A stretch of DNA of 64,000 nt from an uncultured Gemmatimonadota bacterium (GTDB taxonomy: Bacteria > GCA-2686955). The position numbers were made by a program, and so were the translations under genes. Under the pieces are notes generated by a model that was not told the origin of the DNA, did no database searches, and saw only the letters and a list, made by a program, of their open reading frames with translations. This document shows, one piece after another, positions 30,690 to 40,565 of this stretch (the stretch's first letter is position 1; every line of letters begins with the position of its first letter). The stretch spans positions 1 to 64,000 of the forward strand of contig CAZBBK010000018.1 of assembly GCA_964490075.1 (NCBI GenBank). The letters run 5' to 3'.

Positions 30690-33671
30690 ATGCATCGACC
30701 GATCGTCTCCACGTTCGCCGTGACCAATCACTTGCGCCTGATCGCCGGGTCCACGGCGACGGCTCTGCTGCTCGCGCCAGCCGCCAGCGCGAGCAAGACG
30801 CCGGACTCCATCACTCCGCTGCCCGCCCACCAGCGGGTCGAGGTGCGGGCCAACACCTTTACCGGCAACCTGCAGGAAGGCGCGGCGCTGGCCGTCGATC
30901 GCCGAGGCAACATCCTCACCACCTGGGCGAGCCGCCGCCAGGAGGCCGGCACCTACGGCGTGTTCGCGCAGCGCTTCGATCCGCTCGGCCGGCCGCTGGG
31001 CACCGAGATCCACGTCAACCAGTACCTGCCGAGCGCCCAGAGCCACCCGGCTCCGGCCTTCGACGCTGCGGGCCGGGCCTGGGTCGTGTGGGAGTCGTGG
31101 GGCCAGGACGGCGAGGGCTCCGGCATCTACCTGCGGCGCTTCGCCGAGATCGAGGGCGAGCTGGTGCCGCTCGGCGACGAACGCCGGGTGAACGCCACGG
31201 GCGCGGGGGACCAGTTCCAACCCAGCATCCACTGCGGCCCCCAGGGCGGCGCGCTGGTTGCATGGGTCGCACGGGATGAGGGTGGGCAGCCGCGGATCCA
31301 GGCGCGGCTGCTGAACGCCGACGGCGCTCCCGCCGGCGATGAGCTCGAGCTGAGCACGGGGAGCGATCGGCTACCGGTGATCGCCACAGGCGACGGCGGC
31401 GACTACGTCGTCGCCTGGGCCCATACCGACGCCGCGGACCATCCCGGCAGCATCGTGGCCCGCGTAGTCGACGCGGGATGCGGGGCGCTGGGCGAGCCGA
31501 TCGTCGTCAGCGATCCGAGCGATCGGCGCGAGCAGATCGAGCCGAGCCTGGCCGGAGACCGCCAGGGCAACCTGGTCTGCGCCTGGATGCGCGCGCGCGC
31601 CGACGGCAAGGGCTACGACGTGGTCGCCCGCCGCCTCGGCACGGGCGCGCCGCGCGGCGAGGTCTTCATCGTCGCCGGCGACCACGCCGGGTGGAAGAGC
31701 GGAGTCGCGCTGGCGATGGCGCCGGACGGGCGCTTCTCCGTCTCGTACAACGTCGACCGCGCCAAGGAGCAGAGCTCGCGCAGCCGGCGTCCGGTGGTGC
31801 CTTCGACCCTCTTCGCGCGTCTCTACGCCCCCTCCGGCGAGCCGCTGGGCGCCGCCTTCCGCGTCCACCGCGAAGGCCCCGGCAAGCACTCGCTGCGCGC
31901 CGCGTCGAACGCCCCCCGCGCGCTCTGGAGCGGCCTCGACCAGCTCGCCTTCGCCTGGGACGGCCAGATCGACGACGACCCCTCGGGCACCGCTCTGACG
32001 CTCTTCGCGCCGCACTCCCTGCGGCCGCCCGCGCCGCCCCGGACGGCTCCTCGGGCCGCCACCGTGCAGGCCACCAAGGCCGAGCTGCGCGCCGCGCCGG
32101 AGCGCGACCCCGACTGGGTCGCCCGGCCCATGGTCCAGGACACCGACGCCGCCGGCCCCGACTTCGGCTTCATGGCCTTCCAGACCACCGGCTGGCAGCC
32201 GCCCGATCCCGAGTGCGCGGTGGGACCACGGCACGTCGTGTCGGTGGTCAACATGACGCTCAGGATCCACGACAAAGAGGGCACGCTGCTCTTCGACCAG
32301 CTCTTCGAGGATTTCTGGGCCGCCACCAGCGGCGGCGATTTCCTCTTCGATCCGGTCGCCCTGTACGACCACCACGCCGGGCGCTTCGTGATCGTCACCG
32401 CCGACCACCAGGGCAATCAGGATGGGCTCAACGTCGCGGTGTCGATCGCCAGCGATCCCACCGAGGGCTGGCACAAGTACTTCTTCGACACCGACCACGT
32501 CGGTGACTCCATCGATTTCGAAAACCTCGGTATGGGCCCCGACGCCTACTACGTCACCGCCGACTACTTCAGCTCCTGGCGCAACGTGATCCACATCCTG
32601 GAGAAGGCGCCGATGTTGAACGGCGACGCGGTGACCCTGCGCCACCACCGAACCGCCAACGAATTGCTCTCGCTGGCGGCGGTGAAGTCCTACGACAGCG
32701 CGCCACCGGCCCAGTACTTCGCTTCGTCGTGGATCTCGCCGACCAAGATCAGGCTCTACGCCCTGCGCGATCCGCTCGGTGCACCGACCGTCGACACCTT
32801 CGATGTGACGGTTCCGAGCTTCAGCAATCCGCCGGACGCCACCCAGAAGGGTTCGTCCCGCCGGGTCAGCACGCTGGACGATCGGATCAAGAATGGTGTC
32901 TACCGCAACGGATCGCTGTGGCTGACCCACAGCATCGGCGAAAGCAACACCGCGCGGGTGCGCTGGTACGAGATCGAGATGAACGGCTGGCCGGTCGGTG
33001 CCGGCACCCCGGCCCTGGCTCAGAACGGCAACCTGAACTACGGCGGCGGTGAGCACAACTGGTTCCCGGATATCACGGTGTCGGACGACGGCGACGCGGT
33101 CATCACCTGCAGCCGTTCGTCGTCGAACGACTACCCCTACGTGGCACGCGCCGGGCGCAAGGCCTACGACGCCGCCGGCAGCTTCCGCCATTCCGAACGC
33201 CTCAAGGAGAGCGAGGGCCCGACCACCAGCAGCCGCTGGGGCGACTACAGCGGCAACGACGAAGATCCCGTCGACGCCGGAGTGGTGTGGAGCCACACCA
33301 TCTACAATACCACCGGATCGGACTGGCGCACCTGGGTCGGCCGAACCGACACCGATCAGCTGATGGTGCTCGATGACCCGGGCCCCTTGACCCGCGGCAC
33401 CAACGCCACCATCACCTTGAAGGGAGCGGCGGCCTCCGGGACCGTCTATGTTGCTTACAGTCTGAGCGGTCCGGGCGAGCACCCGGTGCCGATGCTGGAC
33501 GCCACGCTCGACCTCGCCGATCCGGCACTGGCCGGCACCGCCACCGCCGCGGCCGACGGAAGCGTCATATTTACCGCATTCGTCCCCTTGCTGGCGCCGC
33601 TGGGACCGCTCTATTTGCAGGTCGTCGAAGAGAACAATACCTCGAATGTGATCGCGACTTCGGTGGAGTAG
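30690..33671 (+). CDS. Large secreted beta-rich protein with N-terminal repeats (GVFAQRF..G..LG.E..VN) and a ~100-aa C-terminal domain
   Basis: Signal peptide; repeated units; PPDP..AVGP.HVV..VN and RWGDYS motifs. Confidence 0.75.
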   Translation: MHRPIVSTFAVTNHLRLIAGSTATALLLAPAASASKTPDSITPLPAHQRVEVRANTFTGNLQEGAALAVDRRGNILTTWASRRQEAGTYGVFAQRFDPLGRPLGTEIHVNQYLPSAQSHPAPAFDAAGRAWVVWESWGQDGEGSGIYLRRFAEIEGELVPLGDERRVNATGAGDQFQPSIHCGPQGGALVAWVARDEGGQPRIQARLLNADGAPAGDELELSTGSDRLPVIATGDGGDYVVAWAHTDAADHPGSIVARVVDAGCGALGEPIVVSDPSDRREQIEPSLAGDRQGNLVCAWMRARADGKGYDVVARRLGTGAPRGEVFIVAGDHAGWKSGVALAMAPDGRFSVSYNVDRAKEQSSRSRRPVVPSTLFARLYAPSGEPLGAAFRVHREGPGKHSLRAASNAPRALWSGLDQLAFAWDGQIDDDPSGTALTLFAPHSLRPPAPPRTAPRAATVQATKAELRAAPERDPDWVARPMVQDTDAAGPDFGFMAFQTTGWQPPDPECAVGPRHVVSVVNMTLRIHDKEGTLLFDQLFEDFWAATSGGDFLFDPVALYDHHAGRFVIVTADHQGNQDGLNVAVSIASDPTEGWHKYFFDTDHVGDSIDFENLGMGPDAYYVTADYFSSWRNVIHILEKAPMLNGDAVTLRHHRTANELLSLAAVKSYDSAPPAQYFASSWISPTKIRLYALRDPLGAPTVDTFDVTVPSFSNPPDATQKGSSRRVSTLDDRIKNGVYRNGSLWLTHSIGESNTARVRWYEIEMNGWPVGAGTPALAQNGNLNYGGGEHNWFPDITVSDDGDAVITCSRSSSNDYPYVARAGRKAYDAAGSFRHSERLKESEGPTTSSRWGDYSGNDEDPVDAGVVWSHTIYNTTGSDWRTWVGRTDTDQLMVLDDPGPLTRGTNATITLKGAAASGTVYVAYSLSGPGEHPVPMLDATLDLADPALAGTATAAADGSVIFTAFVPLLAPLGPLYLQVVEENNTSNVIATSVE

Positions 33672-33711
33672 GAGTCGGCCGCAGGCCGGCGCCGGCCTTC
33701 GGGCGATCCCC

Positions 33712-34566
33712 TCACCACGCATCGCGGTCGAGACGCTCGAGCATCTCGCGCAGCGGGGCCTCCTGGTCGACATTCGGTATGCCCGATACCAGCACGCGGC
33801 GCGCCTCTTCCTTCTGGCCGAGGCGCACCAGGGCGTCGGCGAGCTGGCCGTAGATCACGTCGTTCTCGGGCGTGAATTCCATCGCCTGGCGGTAGATCGG
33901 CAGCGCTTCGTCGAGCCGATCCTGCTCCAGCAGCGCCTCGCCCAGCGCCTGGCGGGCCAGGCCGCAGTCGTGGTCGTCGAACTCGATGGCCTTGCGGAAG
34001 AGCTCCTCGGCCGCTTCGGCGCGCGTCGCCGAGAGCTCCAGGAAGCCGAGCTCCAGGTGGGCCTCGTGGTCCCGCGGACTGACCTCGATCGCCTGCCGGT
34101 AGCTGTCCGCGGCGGCCCGCGGGTCGCCCAGGTCGCGCAGCATGTTGCCGTAGGAGACCCGATAGCCGGCGTCCTCGGGGTTCAGCTCGATCGCCTTGTG
34201 GAACCAGTCCGCGGCCCCGCGGCGGTCGCGGCGCGCCTCGGCCAGCATGCCGCGCGTGAAGCAGACCACGTGGTCGTCGGGCGCCTCGCGCTCCAGGTCG
34301 TCCAGCTTGCGCTCGGCGGCGTCATGGTTGCCGGCGTCGATCAGGCTCCAGACGCATTCGATGGCCAGCGACTGGGATCGGTCCCGCGCCTCTTCGAGCA
34401 CGCCGAGCTTCACGCCGGCCTCCCGCTCCATGCGCTGCGCCTCCCGCTCGGCCCACCACAGGGGCGTCCGCTCTCGGAAAGCGGGGTAGCGATCCCAGAC
34501 CACCACCGCCGCCACCGGCAGCCAGGCCACCGAGGTCCAGCGCAGGACCTTGCTAATGCGAGGCAT
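33712..34566 (-). CDS. Membrane-anchored TPR protein
   Basis: N-terminal TM followed by repeated KAIEL.P / QAIEV.P TPR units. Confidence 0.8.
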   Translation of the reverse strand: MPRISKVLRWTSVAWLPVAAVVVWDRYPAFRERTPLWWAEREAQRMEREAGVKLGVLEEARDRSQSLAIECVWSLIDAGNHDAAERKLDDLEREAPDDHVVCFTRGMLAEARRDRRGAADWFHKAIELNPEDAGYRVSYGNMLRDLGDPRAAADSYRQAIEVSPRDHEAHLELGFLELSATRAEAAEELFRKAIEFDDHDCGLARQALGEALLEQDRLDEALPIYRQAMEFTPENDVIYGQLADALVRLGQKEEARRVLVSGIPNVDQEAPLREMLERLDRDAW

Positions 34567-34648
34567 GGGCGGAGGGTAGCCCTTCCAAGGGATGCTCCAC
34601 GGCGAAAACTGATAGGATCCCGGGCGCGCGCGAGCGGGGCCGCGGTCG

Positions 34649-37600
34649 TTGTCCACGATCCGCATCGATCCACTTCGTTACCTGGAAGGACTCTTGCCCA
34701 CTTTCCGCGAACTCCGGGGCTTCGCACCGGCCCTGTTCTGTGCCCTCGGCTTGCCCGGTTGCGAGGGCATCGGCAGCGACGCCGACGGCGTAGGGCGGCT
34801 CGATGTGCTGCACAACATCGCCCGGCTGGGGGAGGGGGACTGGTACCCGCGCTGGACGCTGGTCGCCGCTCCGACCGGAATCGAGCCCGGCGGCAGCGTC
34901 ACGCTCGAGATCCCCTCCGCCATCACCCGCGCCGAGATCCTGCAAGACGCGCTTGCCGGCTCCGCCGAGGTCACCACCACGGCAGCCGGGGCCCGCATCG
35001 AATCGCGGGCCGAGCTCGACGACGAACGCTGGCGGGTGGTCATCGAGATCCACGATGGACCGCTCTACGAGGGCGACGAGCTGACCCTGAACTTCTACGA
35101 GTCGGTGCCGCCGGAGAACGCCGGGCGCTTCGAGGTGCGCTGCATCGTCGACGGCAACGGCGACGGTCACGGCGAACCGCTCGAGAGCACGCCGCCGATT
35201 CTGATCCTGCCCACACTCTCGGTGCAGGCCCCGGCGCACGTCGCCCGCAGGCGGCCTTTCGATCTCTCGCTCCACATCGACACCGGCAGCCGGGGCCAGC
35301 CCTTCGAAGGCACGATCTACTTCGAGAGCTCGGACTCTCTGGCCGAGCTGCCGCCCCCGCGCCGGGTGAGCGCGGCGGAGCGCGGGCTGGTCGAGCTGCC
35401 CGGCGCCTGCACCCTGCGGAGCCTGGGCTACCAGACGCTCAGCGCCCGCGTCGAGGAGGACGAGTACGTGTTCGGCGAGACCACCATCGCCTGCGTGCCG
35501 ATCCCCTTCGAGTACGACCTCTACTTCGGCGAGACCCACGAGCACACCTCCTACTCCGACGGGCGCGGCGATCCGCGCGATTTCTGGCGCCTGGCGCGCG
35601 ACATCCGCGGGCTCGACTTCGCGGCGCTCACCGACCACGACTACCTGGTCAACGACGAGACCTGGGAGGAGCTCAAGGGCCTGACCAAGAAGTGGAACGA
35701 ACCGGGCCGCTTCGTCACCTTCCCCGCCTTCGAGTACTCCAACAAGCTGGGCGACAAGAACGTCTACTTCATCTCGGAGGCCGACGCGCCGATGCTGCGC
35801 CGGATGGAGCCCGGCACCGATCATCCCGACGGCCTCTGGGAGACACTGGGCGGCACTCGCGCGCTGACCATCCCCCACCACGCCCCCTCGGCCTTCCGCC
35901 CCACCGACTGGGGCTTCCACGACGAGCGCTACCAGCGGATCGTGGAGATCTACTCGCTGCACGGCCGCACCGAGTACTACTGGTGCCCCAACCCGATCAC
36001 GCCGCGCACGCCGCTCGACCAGAAGTACACCACCCCCTACTCCACCATCAACGTGCGCGACGCCTCGGCGCACGACGCCCTGGCGCGCGGCTACCGGCTC
36101 GGCTTCATCGGCGGCGGCGACACCCATTCCGGCAAGCCGGGCGAGCTCGGCATGGCCGCCGTGTGGGCCGAGGAGCTCACTCGCGCCAGCATCTTCGGCG
36201 CCCTGGAAGCGCGGCGCTGCTACGCCACCACCAACGCCCGCATCGTGCTCGATTTCCGTGTCGACGACCACATCATGGGCCAGGAGTACGTCAGCGACAA
36301 ATCGCCGGTCATCGAGGTGGCGACGCTCGGGCTGGCCCCGATCCAGAGCATCGAGATCGTACGCAACAACGAGGTGGTGGCGATCCAAGAAGGACGAGAC
36401 GCCTTCGAGACCTTTCGTTGGACCGACACTACGCCGCGCGGCCAGACCACCTACTACTACGCCCGGGTGACGCAACACGACGGCGAGATGGCCTGGTCGA
36501 GCCCGGTATGGGTCGATCGACCGCACCCCGACCTGGTGCCGCTCCCGGAAAATCTGTCGCTGGAGCAGGAGGGCGCCGACCTGGTGATCGGTGGCATGCT
36601 GCGCAACGCCGGCGTGAAGCGCGCGGCGCCGACCAAGTGTAGAATCGAGGCTCGGATCGACGGGCGCGACAGAGAGATCGCCCGGATCTCGATGCCGGCC
36701 CTCGCACCCGGCGCGCGCAGCGGATTTCGCACCCGCTGGAGCTCCGCGCCGGCCGGTCTGTGCTCTTTGCGAGTGATCGCCGACGCGTTGTCCGAGGTGC
36801 GCGAAGGAGACGAGACCAACAACATCGCCGAGGCCGGCTTCGTGGTCGGCCAGCGCTTGCTCTACGAGCTCGAGGGACCGCTCGAGGCGGCCCCGGCGCG
36901 GCGCTCGCCGTGGCGTTCGCTGAGCTTCGAGTCGGGTGACGAGGACGTCCGGATCGAGGTCGAGGCCGCGGTGAAGTTCGTGGGGGCCCGGGGCAAGAAT
37001 CCGCGCCTCTTGGACGACGACCTACAGCTCGAGCTGGACGGGGTGCGCTTCGGCTGGGAGGGGGAGTGGGCCTTCGACGGCTCGCATCACGGCTCCCTGG
37101 AGCGGCGCCGAGTGGTGCTGAACCGCTCGCTGGCCGCCGGCACCCACAGCTTGCGCTTGTGGACCGACCAGACCCCGACCCTGCACTCGGTGCGGGTCTG
37201 GGGCAGCGGGCGTCCGCCGCGCAGCGAGAGCACCGGCGCGCGCCGAGCCGCGGCGCCGGCCGTCGCCGACGACCCGATCCATTGGCTGAACTTCGGCTAC
37301 GAGAACGGCGCCAGCATCTTCCGCCAGCGGATCAGCAGCTCGCAGGTGCGCCTGGTGCTGATCTGGAGCAAGGACTGGGAGGCGACCAGCCCCTTCACCG
37401 AGCGCTACCGCTGGTACATGGGCGAGCTGCGCTTCCGCAATCTCACCTACACGCTGCGCCCCTGGCGCTTCACCGAATCGTCCGATCATATCTGGGACGA
37501 CGGCCGCGGCCGGGTCTCGTTCGTGTCGCGGGCGCGGAACGCGATCGGACTGGAGGTGATCTGCACCCTGATCGGCGGCGGGGAGCCCGAGGTGGTGATC

Positions 37601-38347
37601 GACCTGTGGAACGGAGGCGAGCGCTTCGCCGACCTGACCCACGTGGGTGACCAGCAAGTGCCGGCCATCCCCTTCGTGGTGCCGCTGACGGGCGCCGGCA
37701 AGGTGGTGCCGGGCGAGGAATGGGCCGAGCCGGAAGGCGCCCTTTCGATGTGTCTCGACCCCTTTGGCCGGGCCAGCGCCGCGGCGGTTCTCGACGATCT
37801 GCTGGAGCGCTGGGAGACGCCCGAGCGCCAGCTCGCCCTGGTAAGGGAAGCGCTCTCCCGCCAGCCGGACAAGGCACGGCTCCACTACAACCTGGCCCTG
37901 GTCCACAAGGCGCAGCGCAGCTGGAACGAGGCGGCGCAGGCCCTGGAGCGGGCCCGCGAGCTGGGACTCGAGGGCGAAGGGATGCTGGTGAATCTGGGAG
38001 AGGTCGAGGCGCAGCGCAAGGACTACGAGGCGGCGCTGGCGCTCTTCCGCGCGGCGGTGGCCGCCGACCAGTACTCGGTGCGGGCCTGGATCGGGTTGGG
38101 CAAAGCGCAGCGTGATCTCGGCGAGCCGGCCGAAGCGATCGAAGCTTTCGAGACCGTCACCAGGATCCAGAACTTCAACATCCGAGCCCACTACCTTCTG
38201 GGAGAGCTGCTGCTGGAAGGGGCGCAACGCGGCGCGGCGGAGCAGCATCTGCGCAAGGTGGTCGAGTTGGCCCCTTCGGAATCGAATCTGCGCAAGCGAG
38301 CGCTTGACTTGCTCGGTGAGATTGGGGTCCCCTTGGAGGGGGCATGA
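34649..38347 (+). CDS. PHP-fold (CehA/McbA-like) metallohydrolase with CARDB-like and C-terminal TPR domains
   Basis: FGETHEHTSYSDG, ALTDHD, IPHH, GGDTH, RCYATT, AWSSPVW; E.DETNN (CARDB-like); TPRs at the end. Start uncertain. Confidence 0.8.
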   Translation: MSTIRIDPLRYLEGLLPTFRELRGFAPALFCALGLPGCEGIGSDADGVGRLDVLHNIARLGEGDWYPRWTLVAAPTGIEPGGSVTLEIPSAITRAEILQDALAGSAEVTTTAAGARIESRAELDDERWRVVIEIHDGPLYEGDELTLNFYESVPPENAGRFEVRCIVDGNGDGHGEPLESTPPILILPTLSVQAPAHVARRRPFDLSLHIDTGSRGQPFEGTIYFESSDSLAELPPPRRVSAAERGLVELPGACTLRSLGYQTLSARVEEDEYVFGETTIACVPIPFEYDLYFGETHEHTSYSDGRGDPRDFWRLARDIRGLDFAALTDHDYLVNDETWEELKGLTKKWNEPGRFVTFPAFEYSNKLGDKNVYFISEADAPMLRRMEPGTDHPDGLWETLGGTRALTIPHHAPSAFRPTDWGFHDERYQRIVEIYSLHGRTEYYWCPNPITPRTPLDQKYTTPYSTINVRDASAHDALARGYRLGFIGGGDTHSGKPGELGMAAVWAEELTRASIFGALEARRCYATTNARIVLDFRVDDHIMGQEYVSDKSPVIEVATLGLAPIQSIEIVRNNEVVAIQEGRDAFETFRWTDTTPRGQTTYYYARVTQHDGEMAWSSPVWVDRPHPDLVPLPENLSLEQEGADLVIGGMLRNAGVKRAAPTKCRIEARIDGRDREIARISMPALAPGARSGFRTRWSSAPAGLCSLRVIADALSEVREGDETNNIAEAGFVVGQRLLYELEGPLEAAPARRSPWRSLSFESGDEDVRIEVEAAVKFVGARGKNPRLLDDDLQLELDGVRFGWEGEWAFDGSHHGSLERRRVVLNRSLAAGTHSLRLWTDQTPTLHSVRVWGSGRPPRSESTGARRAAAPAVADDPIHWLNFGYENGASIFRQRISSSQVRLVLIWSKDWEATSPFTERYRWYMGELRFRNLTYTLRPWRFTESSDHIWDDGRGRVSFVSRARNAIGLEVICTLIGGGEPEVVIDLWNGGERFADLTHVGDQQVPAIPFVVPLTGAGKVVPGEEWAEPEGALSMCLDPFGRASAAAVLDDLLERWETPERQLALVREALSRQPDKARLHYNLALVHKAQRSWNEAAQALERARELGLEGEGMLVNLGEVEAQRKDYEAALALFRAAVAADQYSVRAWIGLGKAQRDLGEPAEAIEAFETVTRIQNFNIRAHYLLGELLLEGAQRGAAEQHLRKVVELAPSESNLRKRALDLLGEIGVPLEGA

Positions 38348-38375
38348 GCAGCAGGGCAGCCTGCGAGGAGCGGCA

Positions 38376-38627
38376 ATGACGAGCGAGAGCACGCCGACGA
38401 GCGGCGGTCAAGAAGAGCTGGAGTCCCTGGTCGGGAAGGAGCGCAAGGGTGGAGCCGCGGGCGCGATGGGCGGCTTGAGCGAGTTCTTCGGGGAGTTCTG
38501 GTTCTTCCTCAAGACCTCGAAGAAGTGGTGGCTGCTGCCGATCGTGGTGGTCTTCCTGCTGCTGAGCGTCTTCATTCTGCTCACCGAATCGGCCGCGGTC
38601 GTGCCTTTCATCTACACGCTCTTCTAG
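38376..38627 (+). CDS. DUF5989-family small membrane protein
   Basis: EFWFFLK..KKWWLLPI....AAVVPFIYTLF signature; GAGGAG upstream. Confidence 0.85.
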   Translation: MTSESTPTSGGQEELESLVGKERKGGAAGAMGGLSEFFGEFWFFLKTSKKWWLLPIVVVFLLLSVFILLTESAAVVPFIYTLF

Positions 38628-38644
38628 GTCCGACCGCCCATCCC

Positions 38645-38680
38645 TTGACTCCGATGCGCCAAGGTATCATTTTGGAACCA
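38645..38680 (+). promoter_or_regulatory. Probable promoter/operator of the VapBC-like pair
   Basis: TTGACT at 38645-50 and an AT-rich imperfect inverted repeat GGTATCA-TTT-TGGAACC just upstream of the RBS. Confidence 0.45.
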
Positions 38681-38694
38681 TATTGGAGGTTCCG

Positions 38695-38937
38695 ATGCCT
38701 ACGCTCACGATCAAGGGCATGCCCGATGATCTCTACCAGGCGTTGAAGGAAAGGGCGACGCGCAACAGGCGAAGTCTCAACAGCGAGATCCTGATGTGCA
38801 TCGAGAGGTCCGTCGCGGCGCATCGGGTCGACCCCGAGAGCTTCCTCGCCCGCGCCGCCGACTTGAGGGCCGAGCTCAGCGGCCCGCCGCTCACCGACGA
38901 GCTCCTGAAGGAGGCGATCGACGAGGCTCGACCGTGA
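38695..38937 (+). CDS. Arc/FitA-like ribbon-helix-helix antitoxin
   Basis: MPTLTIKGMPDDLY..LK.RA..NRRSLNSEI. Confidence 0.9.
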   Translation: MPTLTIKGMPDDLYQALKERATRNRRSLNSEILMCIERSVAAHRVDPESFLARAADLRAELSGPPLTDELLKEAIDEARP

Positions 38938-39326
38938 TCGTCGTCGATACCAACGTTCTGGCCTACCTGCTCATCTCCGGCGACCGAACCGAGGCTTCTG
39001 AGCGGGCCTTCCGCGGAGACCCGATCTGGGTTTCCCCCTTGCAGTGGCGCAGCGAATTCCGCAGCGTGCTCGGCCTCCATCTGCGGCGTTCGCTCATGTC
39101 TCGAGGTACAGCCCTGAGCATCATGGAGAGCGCGGAGCTGCTCATGCGGGGTCGCGAGTACGCGGTTCGCTCGGAGCAGGTGCTGGATCTGTCCAATGCG
39201 AGCGGATGCTCCACCTACGACTGCGAGTTCGTGGCCCTCGCCCAGGACCTGGACCTGCCCTTGCTCACCAGCGATCGGCAGCTGTTGAAGCAGTTTCCGG
39301 AGATCGCCGTTGCGCTGGGGTCGTGA
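38934..39326 (+). CDS. vapC: VapC-family PIN-domain toxin
   Basis: IVVDTNV, SEF, YDCEFVALA, LLTSD; GTG start overlaps the antitoxin stop. Confidence 0.9.
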   Translation: MIVVDTNVLAYLLISGDRTEASERAFRGDPIWVSPLQWRSEFRSVLGLHLRRSLMSRGTALSIMESAELLMRGREYAVRSEQVLDLSNASGCSTYDCEFVALAQDLDLPLLTSDRQLLKQFPEIAVALGS

Positions 39327-39335
39327 GGGCGAAAG

Positions 39336-40565
39336 CTAGAAATACGCCGCCATCTCGAAGTAAAAGAGCTGCCCGTAGCAGCCGTACTCGCTGCCGATCG
39401 CCGGCTCCGGATCGAGGTGCAATGCCGCTCCAAGGCCGTGGAAGGCGCCGGCGGAGAGGGTCGTGCCCTGCAGCGGCTCGGCGGCGATCGACCAGCTGAG
39501 CAGCGCGCTGGAATCGCTCAGGTTGGCCATCGAGAGGGCGCTCAGGGTCAACAGGGGATGGGGCTGCCAGGCGATCAGCGCCCCTGCGTAGTCGCGGCCC
39601 AGCAGGTAGGTCTCGCCGCGCAGCAGGGGATCACTCGCGACCATCAGCTGCGCGTAGTAGCGCGCCGCCGCCGCCCCGTCGCCGTTGTGGTGGGCCTCCA
39701 GCGCCAGCAAGAGCTCGGCGCTGGGGTACCAGTCGAGCCCCGCGGTGGCGCGCAGCGCGGAGCCCGAGGCGCCGCCCCACCAGGCCGATTCGGCACGCAG
39801 GTTGACTTGCTCCCAGGTCTCGGTCGCCCCGGCCAGGAGCTGTGGCCGGTCCCAGAAGCGGCCGCCGGCCAGGTAGAGATCGCCCCGCTCCAGGAACCAG
39901 GAGAGCCGGCAGCCGGCGCTCAAGTCGTGCCACGAGCCGCGATCGGCGACCACCAGATCGAGCTCCGAGCGCGCGCTCGGCGAGGCGATCAGGCGCAGGG
40001 CGTCGAGCCCGCGTTTCTGCGAGGTGTCGAGATCGTAGGGGCTGAAGCCGGCCCAAAGGTCGCTGACGTCGAAGAGCCGGCTGGTTCCCCACTTGATACC
40101 CTGGCGCCCGCAGGCCAGGTCGCCCCAGGCGGTGAAGAGACGCAGCACGGCGCGATCGATGTCGTGCTCGAGCGCGAAGCCGGGCCTCTCGATCAGCTCG
40201 CTGCGCAGGTCGATGGTGCGGCGCGGCGCCGGAGTCACACCGGTCCCCACCGCCGCCGCCGCCGACTCCGGCGTGGTGGCGCGCCAGGCCAGGCGCTGGT
40301 GCAGGTCGAGGCGCCACGATCCGCGGCGCCCCAGCCCCCACTCGGCGCGCGCCACCCAGGCGCTGAAGGCGGCGAGCTCCGGCCGGTCGAGTGCCTCGAG
40401 CGCCTCGTCCGAGCCCTCGATCCGCTCGCGATGCACTGCACTGAAGGCGCGAGTGTAGCCCCCCAGCTCGAGCCAGTCGCCGAAGCGCAAGGTCTCGGCC
40501 GCGGCGCCGCCGCCCAACGCGAGACTCAGCGCGAGGGCCACGCCCGGGTCAGGACGCACGGTCAC
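39336..40565 (-). CDS. Putative outer-membrane beta-barrel protein
   Basis: Signal peptide, GRQ.I.WG motif, amphipathic strands, terminal Phe (YFEMAAYF); last gene of the ABC operon. Confidence 0.65.
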   Translation of the reverse strand: MTVRPDPGVALALSLALGGGAAAETLRFGDWLELGGYTRAFSAVHRERIEGSDEALEALDRPELAAFSAWVARAEWGLGRRGSWRLDLHQRLAWRATTPESAAAAVGTGVTPAPRRTIDLRSELIERPGFALEHDIDRAVLRLFTAWGDLACGRQGIKWGTSRLFDVSDLWAGFSPYDLDTSQKRGLDALRLIASPSARSELDLVVADRGSWHDLSAGCRLSWFLERGDLYLAGGRFWDRPQLLAGATETWEQVNLRAESAWWGGASGSALRATAGLDWYPSAELLLALEAHHNGDGAAAARYYAQLMVASDPLLRGETYLLGRDYAGALIAWQPHPLLTLSALSMANLSDSSALLSWSIAAEPLQGTTLSAGAFHGLGAALHLDPEPAIGSEYGCYGQLFYFEMAAYF

